Positions 12,563 to 24,176 of a stretch of DNA of 64,000 nucleotides are shown here, piece by piece. The notes under the pieces were generated by a model. The model was not told the origin of the DNA. It saw only the letters and a list, made by a program, of their open reading frames with translations, and made no database searches. Made by a program: the position numbers and the translations under genes. The stretch is taken from NCBI RefSeq assembly GCF_006345805.1, contig NC_043015.1:37820001-37884000 (forward strand), given 5' to 3'. This DNA comes from Octopus sinensis (taxonomy: Eukaryota). Position 1 is the stretch's first letter; the number at the start of each line of letters is the position of its first letter.

Positions 12563-13639
12563 ACATTGTCCTTCCTTAAGAATCTGAACAACTTGGTGCT
12601 GTTACCAATTTATTTCCTCCGTAGCACAGATATTTTGTGCTAATCTGAAAAATCTTTTGATTATCCATAAATTAATACTTTATTTCATTTAACCATCATT
12701 AACTTTCTCATTAGTATCTGTGCAAATATTTTCTAAGGGTCGTTAGATTAACCCCTGGTCTTAATTGGCTTAGAAATAATAGAACACCAATTTGTTAACC
12801 ACATCTTACAGGCACTGGATTTCCATAATTATCAGTTGTAACAGCTACCAAAGCCCAATCATGCTGTGTGTCTACATACATACATATATAGTATATATAT
12901 ATATAATATGCTAGCCATGGTATTGAATAAACCATGACTTGCTAGATTTTCTTTTCTTTTTTTTTTTCTGCTCCAGTAAAGACAGCTGTCGCTCTGTTAT
13001 TGGTTGTCAACATCATGGAAAAGTTTGATGATATCCAATATTTCTAACGACATATTGTCTAAAAGTTATAAACATGTCCTCTTCACACTCCTCAACTGCT
13101 AACGGCAGCAGTGGTGGTCTAAATGAGGTTTAATATATCCATGAGACGGATTCCATGGTGATAGTGCTTTGTTTTAAAATGGTCTTTTGCAGCTATCAGT
13201 ATTTTGTTGTTGCTTTGGGGAGGGAATTGGCTGCTTGCGATCCTTTTTAACTATTATGGTATGTAGGGGGTCCACGGGTGTGCTGTGGCTTTTTTAGGTA
13301 ACTTGGAAAATACCAGGATATTGATGAAATTTCAGTGTTTTTAATGCATTGACCAGTGCATATGTATTCTTTTCGGATCAGGCACAATGCATACAGGTCT
13401 GTAGGTGGAGCTGTATAAATAGAAATTGGTGCCTAAGTGTGTTTTAATGTTTACTGTTCCATGCTCGGATGGAATCCATTGGGGCAGGAGTGGAGGGCTG
13501 CCCTCATGTTGCCAAGCAGGTCTCTAAGTAATGTAGTATTCCCACCTGGTTGGGCATTGTTTTTGCAGAAGATACAAAAACAACACTGCTTGTATGACAG
13601 TGATTCTCCTTTACAACAACCATTCTGTGTTATGGTAAG

Positions 13640-13830
13640 GAGACACAAACATAGACACGCAACACATATTCGATAGGCTTCTTCAAATTTCCATCTACCA
13701 AATGCACCCAGGGTTGTGTTCAGTCAAGGACTATGGCAGAAAACACCAGGCCAAAGTTCCACTCAATGGGACTGAACCAGAGACCATGTGGTTGAGAAAC
13801 CAGCAGCTTCTCCACACATCCATGCCTAGA
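13640..13830 (-). mobile_element. SINE family A copy
   Basis: ggcttcttcaaatttccatctaccaaat..gggactgaaccagagaccatgtggttgagaa. Confidence 0.75.
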
Positions 13831-14517
13831 CCTGTCCAAATTAGGTTTCGCTAGACAAACATAACTCCACGTGTGTGTGGAAACATTTAAAATAAATGGT
13901 GTGGGCCATAACACAGTGCCTTATTTAATGGGTCATGAATCGAGGAAGTTAGAGTCACTGGTTTAGATATTTAAATCTTTTTCTGTGCGAATGGAAGTGG
14001 GTTTCTCATTCATTCCCCCCCCCCCCCCCCCCCGTTTCCAGCCACTTAATTCTAAAATTGAAACCTTGAATCAAACTATGGTGACGGAACTTAGGCTTTA
14101 TTTCTCTCGAAGAAAAAAAAGTGAGTAATGCTTAGACCTCAGTCCAGTGGCTGTTTTTTTTATTGACTTAGCATAGTTTGTTGACCTCTGTTGCGTTTGA
14201 CCTAATTCCGCTTCGTTTCATGTAATTACTCCATTTACCACCCTAGTCATTATCAATGGACCCTCCTCTTTGTATATATATCCTAATTACATGTTTGTGA
14301 TGATGTTAGATTGAATTTTGTCAGTTCTACAACAGATTAAAGACAAGAAGCGTCTTTAAATGTGTGTGTGTTAACTTTGAATATTTGTGAAAGCAGTGTG
14401 GTTGGTTTTAGTGGTAGTGATGGGTTTTTGAGGAATTTTCAGATTCAGCCCATTCATATTGAGATTACCTTGTTGTATTGTTTTGAATTAATCATGCAAT
14501 TACCAATCAAGATATTT

Positions 14518-14590
14518 CTATAGAATGACATTGTAGGGTTGGGGTTGGAGGCTGGATCTGGCCATTTAGAGTGCTTAAAGGGCTAAGCTG
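14518..14590. mobile_element. MITE family D fragment
   Basis: tagaatgacattgtagggttgggg..ctggcc..gtgcttaaagggctaa. Confidence 0.65.
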
Positions 14591-14721
14591 TATAAAGTAA
14601 CAAAAAGTATGATAGACCGGTCCCTGTCTGTATGGAAAAAGTGCTTCTGGTCCTGTTTCTCTTGAAATACACTGGCTTTGCTTCAGTTAAAACTTTGAGA
14701 TAATCAAGAATTTAATAATCT

Positions 14722-15030
14722 CATTGTTTGATGTCCGCTTTCCATGCTGGCATGGGTTGGAGAGTTTGACTGGGAACTGGCAAGCCAGGAGGCTGCACCA
14801 GGATCCAAACTGATCTGGCAAGGTTTCTACAGCTGGATGCCCTTCCTAACACCACTCCGAGAGTGTAGTGGGTGCTTTTTACATGTCACTGGCACAGGAG
14901 CCAGTCTGGTGGCACTGGCATCAACTACACTCGAATGGTGCCTTTTATGTGCCACCAGCACAGGAGCCAGTCAGGCAGTGCTGGCATCTACCACACTTGA
15001 ATGACTTTTTACATATCATTTAGCACACAT
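14722..15030 (-). mobile_element. Family C copy with internal tandem subrepeat
   Basis: gtccgctttccatgctggcatgggttgg..tttctacagctggatgcccttcctaac..gagagtgtagtgggtgcttttt. Confidence 0.88.
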
Positions 15031-15445
15031 TAGCATGGATGCTTACTAGATCCAGGACTGATTGGTTTCAGGTGGGTTTGTATCAGAAGGGATAAATGAT
15101 GTTGTGGTTGTCATCTTGAATCTAGATATACTGGTTCCTTTGTTCTAGAAGCAGTTATTTAAAAGATGTTAACAAACAGGAAACCTCTTCCTTTTAAAGT
15201 TGCTTATTTGATAACATCTTTTGAGACGAGTTCCTTGGACTGCTGCTTAAATTTCCCCATAAAATAACCTTTATTGACCAACACTGTCGTATTTGCCTGA
15301 GCAGAAGTTGCAGGAAAATGAAACTGATATGATTTGAGTGCCCTTCTGAAGGAATCCTCATTGACTGTTGTTAGATGTGCATATACGAGGTGTTTTGGAA
15401 AAACTTTGTCTGGTGAGAACCACCGAAGGGTTGCACAAATCCAAT

Positions 15446-15567
15446 CAGTGATTCTCAACTAGGGTCCATAGACTTGAAAATTTATGTACATTGACTGGCT
15501 GTGGGAGTGTGGTGGAGTAAAATAGAAATCGAGGGGTCCCTTGGTAAGAAATGGTTGAGAACCACTG
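15446..15567. mobile_element. hAT/Charlie-type MITE, 122 bp
   Basis: TIRs CAGTGATTCTCAAC (15446-15459) and GTTGAGAACCACTG (15554-15567), 13/14 match. No intact 8-bp TSD. Confidence 0.75.
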
Positions 15568-17049
15568 AGATTGTTAAATTACTGTCAGTCCAGTGGTTGG
15601 TCTGTTCAGTGTGGATACAGCAAAGGGATATTGCAGACGAATGGCTTGTAATATTGACGTCTTTTTAATATCAGTAAAACATTATGCATATCTAGTGGCT
15701 AGGAGGAGGAGGGAGGTTCAGGTTTTTTATGTTCCTTACTATATTGTTTTCTAAGGTAACCCAGATAGTGTTACAGGAGGTTTGTAATAAACAAAAAATC
15801 CATAGTTCCATCTCATCGATGTAAATTAAAGATTAGTTTGCAGTCACGTGTATAACTTTGATTGTTATCTAAGATGTTGGCAGAAATTTTTGATAGATAT
15901 AGAAGGGTGTCTTTTTTTTTTTATACCAGCATTGTTAATGTGTGGGGAAGGGCCATAGCCATGTGGTCCAGGACTTCCCTTGACCAATCACATGGTTTCA
16001 GATTTATTCCCTCAGCATGCAAATTGCTATCACCTGATGCTGCCTGATTCTTTGTGTGTGGTATTAATAGGCAAAAACTGTTCAAAGCCCTTCGTATGTT
16101 CGTGTGTTTGACTGTTTGGATCTTCTCGTTGTCTTGGGGCTCATTTATTCACTGCGTAAAGAAAGTACCACTCTGTTTATGATCATACTTGTTTACAATC
16201 TGATGCAGCAAGATGTCCAGCTATTGGGGTGTTGGTGTTTTTTTTTTTATAAAATAGGGGGGAGTGAGTTGGGTTTGGCTACAGGATGTGCAGTGTTTGG
16301 TCTGCCCCTTTGCAGCGTGGGAAAGTGGACATATTTGTTTCATTTTTCATCCCTTTTGTGATGCTATTTATGTTAGGTTAATGGCCGGATGATGCCCTTT
16401 CTGACATTCTTATATTTCTCAGTTAAGGGACCTTATTTTAGATATCTTGGAAAGAAGGCACAGGACCCGCAAGGTTTTTTTTATTATCTTTAGGGTAGAG
16501 ATGATATTGCCACTTGTGGCTTGCAATATTGATGGGTCATCCCTCCCCGCTATATTTCCCACTGCTTATATTTCAAATAGAAACCTTGCACCTCAATATA
16601 GCAACAACTCTTTGGTCACTGAAGCCACCAGACTTGCATGTTTTCTCTTCAAAATAAAATTTAAGAATTAGAATTAGTGTGCAGCTGTGATGTTGTATTA
16701 TGTCTTCCATTAACTTTCGATTGATTTGCCAGATGTAAACACACCCAAATGTGTGTGTGTGGTGGCCACACTTGCACGGTCAACTACATTCTCATCAGAA
16801 AGTAAGATGCATGATTGCATATAAATGCAAAGATCTTCCCTACTGAAGAATGTACCCCTCAGCATAGATTAATGATTAGCAACTCCAGGTTAGAAAAGTT
16901 CCAAGAAACAGACCTGTCTGGAAAAAGGTTTTTTAAGTTTAAGGATCCTTTAGTCAGATTTTAGGGGCATCCCAACTGAAGCATTTGAGGGGGAACAGGA
17001 GCTAGGCATATACATAAAATGCATCTTAATGAGTGCTGCAGATCAAAAG

Positions 17050-17545
17050 GTAACTAAAGATATGATGACAGGAAAATGCCTCCAAGAGGGGAGGGGGTTC
17101 ATCAGGAAACAACACTGGGCCACTTAAAATATCTGGCCTGGTCATCTGTAGACTTGTGGGTTGTCCACAAGATTCGTACCCAATTATGGCGATATCAGAT
17201 TGCTTGGCCAGGTGATGAAAATTACAGAAATGGTCCTAGCTCAATTAATTAGGAAGCGGGTTGGCTTCGATGAGGTTTTGTGCCAGAAAGAAGCACTACT
17301 GATGCTATCTTCTAGGTTCTGCAACTGCAGAAGTATTTATCCCCAAATACCTCTGTATTTGGCTTTTGACAGGGTCCCCTATTCCCTTATCTGGTGGGCT
17401 ATGCGGGAGCTGGGGATAAACGAGTAGTTGGTGAGAGTTGTGCAAGCCATGTACAGGGATGTGGTCAGCAAAGTGTAAGTTGGCAATGAGTATAGCAAGG
17501 AATTTTGTGTGCACGTATTTCACCAAGGATCAATTCTCAGCTCCT
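17050..17545 (+). mobile_element. Decayed RTE-clade LINE reverse-transcriptase fragment
   Basis: NYGDIRLL..MKI.E..LAQLIR; agcactactgatgctatc (STTDAI in a shifted frame); AFDRVPYSLIWWAMRELGINE*LVRVVQAMY; HQGSILS. RT motifs with stops and frameshifts. Confidence 0.8.
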
Positions 17546-17964
17546 TTTTGTTTACTCTGGTCCTCCAGGCCATAACAGCAGTTCCTCTAAGCTGATGACT
17601 TTGTTTCTAGAAGCAAGGTCTGGAATTAAAGAGCCTTCAGTGTTAGCAAAGACCAAAGCCCTATTAAGTAGGAAAACAGACAAACCACTTGTCCCCTGAG
17701 TGAGAAAGCCCTTCTTGATATACTGGGATGGTGCTGGTAGAAACCACATACACTGTACACAGTGCAAACTATGGACAGAGGAGATGCAGTGGTGGTATCA
17801 CAGAAAGATTTAGAGAAAGCAGTCGTTTGTATGTGGCAGATGTGCAGGCAGAGTAAGCATTAGGAATGTGCAGAAAATAGATTCCGGCTATTGACATGGC
17901 ACCTGAGTAACTCTCCAGCTGGCCATATTGGCATGAGAACAGATGTTGAAAAGGAAACGAAAAA

Positions 17965-18110
17965 TGCGATTTAACATTCGTTTTTCATGCTGGCAAGGGT
18001 TGGACAGTTTGATAGTAGCTGGTAAAGCTGGGGACTGCACCAAGCCCCATTGTAGAGACATGGTCTCTACTGTTGGCTGCCCTTCCTTATTCCAACCAGA
18101 CACATTATGG
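17965..18110 (-). mobile_element. Family C copy, degenerate
   Basis: tttaacattcgtttttcatgctggcaagggttggacagtttg..ggctgcccttcctt. Confidence 0.75.
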
Positions 18111-18124
18111 TTGGATTTATACCC

Positions 18125-18245
18125 ACACACAGTTTCAGATTCCCTTCACCAAACCCAATCACAAGGCCTTGGTCAACCCTGGGCTATGATAGACAACATT
18201 TGCCCAAGGTGCTGTGCAGTGTGGGGAAAAGAACTTCTTAATTAA
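18125..18245 (-). mobile_element. SINE family A fragment
   Basis: cacaaggccttggtcaaccctgggctatgatagacaacatttgcccaaggtgc. Confidence 0.7.
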
Positions 18246-20317
18246 CCCTATATTGTGCATGCAATATAAAACTCTTGGGCATTTTTTGGCAATTTCGCTT
18301 TTCAGGTTTCTTTGTTAAACATGTAACGCTATTAAGACTGCAGAAGTGATGTGAATTGTACCAACATTTTGAAATTAATCAAATGTTTGAATGTGTCTAA
18401 TAGTCTTTCGATGATGTGTTTATAAATCAAGCAATTTGATTGATGAACAAACTAAATAATCGTTTACTGTAGCAAACTAATTAACATTAAAACCTCTACC
18501 TGATTTATTTATTTGGTGATGGCTAATTTCACTTTGCTATCTGTGTATTTATTAATACTTAAAGAATCATGTTTTGCCTCTCTCTCTCTCTCCTCCCCTG
18601 CCCCAGGTCGAATGGGGATTTGGGTCAATACCATATCCCGCTTTCATGTCTATTGTTGCGTCTTTTGTCCTAAGGTAAAGGCACTTCACACCTTGGTAGG
18701 GTCTTATAAAGTTATTTGATTCTCACAGGCTTTTGTTACAAACTGTCCATTCCTTCACCGATTTTGCTGTAGTTTCATAAATTGTGTGTGTTGCCACATT
18801 TTGTTAGGAGCATATAATAGTGCTGGTATGAAATGAATACAGTTTGCATGTGTCTGTATATTTAAATGATTGTGTTTAGGGTTGGGTGGTCAGGACAGGT
18901 GTTCTGTTGTATGTAGGCACACCTTATAGGTGTATAATTAGTTGATTTTGTGGTTCTTACCGGTGTACAGCTTTTTTATGAAGCAGTTTTGAAGGTGCTT
19001 TGATGCTTAGCTTCAGTGGGAGACATATTTGTCTTCTTAGTTCATACAGTAATAATCACTTGTGCATGCAAGCCACTACATCATCAAGTTGCTATTGCAT
19101 TAATCTATCATCTCGGAAATGGTGGAACCTTCTGGTCCGTGTCCAATATATCTTGGAAAAAACAAAAAGTAAATGTGCTCCTTTTCGCATTCAAAATGCT
19201 CGTTATAATTCCAGCCCAGATTAACACGGCAATTTACAGCAAATTGTTGGTTTGCAGAGAGTTAGCAGCAAGCATAAAAATATATCTAAACCATAGTAAT
19301 TATTCGTTGCCGGAAAGTGTTGGTGATAATTACAGGGAATTAAAACTGCTTTGATGTGTTGTATAATGGTTAGCATGTAAGTGGAACTTTTATCGGTTCC
19401 ATTCCTCTTGATTTAAAAATCTTGAATATTAAGTCTGTAATGGGCAATTGTTAGGTGGAATCATTTTATTGAGGAATTTGTGTGTGTGTGTGTGTGTGTC
19501 CTTGTTTTGTAATCTACAATTAATTCTAGTAAAAGTTGTGAGAATATATAAATTCTTTCATGAAGACACCCATTTGTAGCTGCAGCAGTTATTGTTGTGG
19601 AATCCTTTATTAATAAATTCACCTGGATGTGAATATATCTAATTCAATAAAAAGGTGGGGATGGGAGGGGGGGCATAGATGGTTGTGGTAGGAGTTGCTT
19701 TGGCAACTATGGGGACTTGGGTTCTGTTTGTCTTCTTTAGCCTCATCAATAGAATTGGTTGATGGAAATTACATGGAAGCCCAGCTTCTTTGCATAAGAC
19801 TGCCTGAGCTTAGAAGTCTATTAGGATACAGCACAGAAAAATGGTCAAAGTGAACAAGCGTGTAGCAGCTGACATGATTTGTGTAAGTGCGAATTGTTAC
19901 ACATCAGCTCTTCTCTCTCTCTCTCTCTCACTAAAACAGCACTAATTCTGTACCTTGGATATGTTTGCGTCAGAATATTTTAGTAGCAAGCCCTGGTTCC
20001 AGCATCTTGTACCATGACATGATACCTTGGGGTCCATAGATGCTACTTAATAGTGGTGCAAATTGCTAGGCATGACAGCTAAATGTTCCTCCTGGTCTTC
20101 TTTTACAAATAGTGGTGGGAGGGGGTACACAGATTATTGGGTTGATGTGGAATTACATAACTGCAGACCATGGGGCAGTGTCACACCATCCTCAACCCAG
20201 TGTTTAGCCCTCAACTCCTGTGTGATTCAAGATTTGGACGCAATTTTTAGATTAAAATTACTCCTTTGTGATGTTCATGTCTTGCTAATTATTGGTGTTT
20301 TTAAGGCCTAATAGGCA

Positions 20318-20460
20318 ATTACTGGTGTGGCAGGGTGGTTTAGAAGTTAGCTTTGCAACTCTGAGATTTGGGTTCAAATACACAGCACTATGACATGTGT
20401 CTTTAGCATAACCCAGAGTCAACCCAGGCCTTGTGAATGCGTGGGTGGATGGAAAATGTA
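20318..20460 (+). mobile_element. SINE family A copy, degenerate
   Basis: gtggcagggtggtttagaagtt..gggttcaaatac..aggccttgtgaatg..gatggaaa. Confidence 0.6.
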
Positions 20461-20769
20461 AAAAAAACATCGGGTGGACAGTGCTGACAGCCCTGCTTGG
20501 GAATTAGAATAAGAGTGCTTATGTCAGGGGTACTCACCCACTTTTACTGGCTGAACACCCATCCTTTTTGACAATCTATCTGCATGACTGTAGAGACAGG
20601 TCTTTCGTTCTCAGATAAATGAGGGTTTTTCCATTGGTCTCTTAAAAATACTGATTGCTTGAATGTAGTTTGTTTTCGGTCACTTCCTCATAACCCCTGA
20701 ACATGTCTTGGCAGCTTTGGTCTCATAACAATCATACAGCAGCCAAGGACTGGGAACACTAAACGAGTG

Positions 20770-21070
20770 CACTTAGGGTTGTATGAGTAACCTTGTAGTT
20801 TCAGGTTCAACCTCGAGTGTGTGTTTTCTACGATAGCCCTCGACTGATCAAAGCCTTGAGGGAGTTCCGTAGATGGAAACTGTATGGGAGGCTGTTGTAT
20901 GTGCACGTGTCTCTCTGTCTACCACTAGACAACCACTGTTGGTGTGTTTACATCTCTGTAACCTAGTGGTTCGACAAATGATATTGATAGAATAAATTCT
21001 TTGGTCAGTTTGTTTGACTAGACTATTCAACCAGTAAGGCTGCCGTCCAATGACTGTAACAAGTAAGATA
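20770..21070 (+). mobile_element. SINE family A copy
   Basis: ttctacgatagccctcgactgatcaaagccttg..gacaaccactgttggtgtgtttacatc..ccaatgactgtaacaag. Confidence 0.75.
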
Positions 21071-21829
21071 CTAGGGGGGGGGGGGCTGAACCTGCTCACA
21101 TAGCAATACCTGGATTGCCCTGTAAGATTGCATTTCAGGCCATGTTTTTCTCAGTACACCAATTGTGATGGGTTAATTTCATCAGCTGTTCTCTGCCAGT
21201 ACACACCATCACCCACTGGTTGGTGGTGGTGGTGGTGCTATTCCCAACACCATAATTTTGTAATTTAAAAATCTGTTATATACTACTACAGTGTGTGTGT
21301 GTATTGATTTTTACTGATTTATGCAACTGCATCGACATAGTGCATATTAGCAGCTGCTGCAAATTTGTTGGCATGTTTTAAATTTTGAGAGAAACGGTGA
21401 AAATGATGTGCATATAATGACTTAGTTACCAGATGAGATTAAAATTGTTCACCATTATAGAATCTATGAAACCTTTTTGGCATTTTATCTGATGCAGAGC
21501 AGTTAAGTATTTTTACGAATATTATCCAGTGTTTATTGGCTTGAGTGATTGTAGTCAATATATTGTGTGTGTAGTATCGAGTGCGGGTACGGCTGTGCTT
21601 AAGAAGTTAGTCTGAAAACCCTGTTACTTCAGGTTCCACCCCACTCTGCAATATTTCACTTACGCCTCTCCTCATGAGACATGAAGCCACCTACCTCTCA
21701 GTTCTGTTTTCTCCTCTCCCCACCCCCTCAGTTGAGTGGGTTGTCTTGCAGGTTAATTAGTAGCACTAGCCAGTGCCATGTAAAAGGCACACGATGCCCA
21801 TTAAACTGGTTGGTTTTGAATCATAATCG

Positions 21830-22085
21830 TTTAACGTCCGCTTTCCATGCTAGCATGGGTTGGATGAACGACTGAGGGCTGGCGAACCAGATGGCTTCGC
21901 CAGGCTCCAATCTAATCTGGCAGAGTTTCTAAAGCTGGATGCCCTTCCTCACGCCAACCACTCCAAGAGTGTACTGGGTGCTTTTATGTGCCACCAGCAC
22001 GGTGGCCATTCAGGCAGTACTGGCAACGACCTCGCTCGAATCTTTTACACATGCCACCAGCACAGAGACTAGATAGCCGCTCTGG
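21830..22085 (-). mobile_element. Family C copy, well preserved
   Basis: gtttaacgtccgctttccatgctagcatgggttgg..gctggatgcccttcctcacgccaaccactcc. Confidence 0.9.
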
Positions 22086-23539
22086 CAACTATCACGATGA
22101 TAAAGAGAACAAAAAGCTGTGCAGTGCTTGTTTCCTCTGAGTTTTATATACACAGTTCCTTGTCATTTGACACTTGTTCAGAGAAATAAGTGTGAAATAA
22201 TATAACCTAGAATCTTTGAAGAGTCCAGAAGAATCTTCACACTTGTAAAATGCCATCCGTTTGAGAGAGATCATCCTGTTACAAGAGTTAACCATTGTGT
22301 TGGTCTTGTTTGTTGCTATTCCAAACACAGCTGGAGATTGGTACCACATTCAACTGACCACCACTGCTATTTGGAGAGCATGTAATTGATGCAGCCTATA
22401 AGAAATGCTTGGAATGCCAGAGGAGAAAGGAAAAACGAATCATTACCATAATGTTAACTTCGTGGAGGTGGGTGGTTGTGTTAAGCTGCATTTTTTGGGT
22501 GGAGTTTTGAGGTTTGCTTTTGCAAGTAACATTGTAGTTTAGTGTGTGTCCTGCTAACAAGGGTTTATTTCTAGGTAGATTCTGTCAGTAATTCCAATTG
22601 GTTTCATATTCCGGTTCACTAACGAAGCTTCTTTGTTGTTTTAGTCCGAAATTTGGCCAATTTTAAGCATGTAGAGGACATGCTAAATGAGGCAGCAACC
22701 ATTCACAGCTTATTGAGTTACGAGACTTAACCCGTTTCCTTGTATGATTTGTCAGTAATTACACTTAATCAGTCAGTCATTATAACCTCATATGTCAGTA
22801 GTTTTGGGGGTATTTTGCACACACGCATATCTACGTAAATTGGTAAATGTAAAGACACTTATATCATTGAGTAGGACAGTGGTAGTAATATCAAAATGGT
22901 TGATATTAAATTAGTTGCCCTGAACTGACCAATTCTTTGCTAGTGGAATTGGTTAACAGAGACTGCATGAACGTCTATCGAGTGTGTGTGTGTGCAGTTG
23001 TCCATTCTGCCTCTTCTGAATCGGCTCATATTTACATACCAAGTGATCATTGTCTTACCACTCTGCACTTCACAATAAAAAGATCCCTTCTGGCAAGAAG
23101 GCAGAGAGTATCCAGCCATAAAATGGAATCTTAAGTAATTCTCTGTCCACTTAATGTCCATTTTATAATAGCATGGAGCGGGCCTAAAGGTAACAAGGGT
23201 ACATTTACTTTTAATGTTGTTGCTAAATAAGTGTTGTGTTCATCGTTTTCCATCATTTAGCATTCATTTCCTAAGCTGGCATGGTTTGCACAGATGGTGA
23301 TGCAAATGGGACAGGCTTTGGATGTCCTTCCCATTCCTAACACTTGTTTTCAAACAAGGTATTTTCCCATTCGTAGACATTTGCAGGAGACCCAGACAAA
23401 CAACCTCTCTTTTATGATGGTGTTACACTCATTTACACCCCATTATATGACCCATAGACAAGTACATTCACAAGTTTCTTTCAGTTTCCATCTACCATAC
23501 CAACTCATACAGCTTTGGTTGATCCAAGACTACCTATTT

Positions 23540-23744
23540 CTTTACAAGGGGCTTAATACAGAGAGGACAAACGAATTAAGTCAATTATATCGACCCCAGT
23601 GCTTAACTGGTACTTAATTTATCGACCCCGAAAGGATGAAAGGCAAAGTCGACTTCAGTAGAATTTGAACTCAGAACGTAACGGCATATGAAATACTGCT
23701 AAGCATTTCGTCCGGTGTGCTAACGATTCTGCCAGCTCACCGCC
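23540..23744 (-). mobile_element. tRNA-derived SINE family M (Meta-domain-like), near full length
   Basis: Reverse complement: ggcggtgagctggcagaatcgttag (A box)..gttctgagttcaaattc (B box)..gcctttcatcctttcggggtcgataaattaagtaccag. Meta-domain similarity is from memory and not verified. Confidence 0.9.
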
Positions 23745-24139
23745 AAGACTGCATCTGCATGACCAGGAAGCAAAATTCTAAATAAGAACAAAAGAAAAAA
23801 AAATGTTTGAGTTATTTTTCTAGCTGGATGCTCTCCCAGCTGCCAAGCCCTTTGCAAAGCAAGTGCTAGGTGTTCTTTTGTGCCACAGACAAGGAGTGTT
23901 AAACTTCAAGTTTGGTAATAACTGTTTAATAGTTGTGTAATAGTTACCTGGAACACGATTTTATTCTATTAAGAATTAATACCCTTGCATGTTGCTGTGT
24001 TCACGTGTGCATGTCTGTGTAAATGCAATGGTTGGCTGCTTAAGCAGTGCCAAGCTTCTCGTTTGTGATTCATACCTGTTCTAGGTGATTACCCACAGTT
24101 GTGTAGCAACTGAATTATTGACAAAATATGTTGTCATCT

Positions 24140-24176
<37 letters not shown>

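Noticed and set aside
15204-15458. 84-aa minus-strand ORF with protein-like composition
   Set aside because: No motif I recognise, no splice context, and it abuts a MITE.
23670-23744. tRNA-like sequence with A and B boxes (also 3253-3310, 7405-7460, 56440-56500)
   Set aside because: These are SINE heads; I could not fold a complete cloverleaf.
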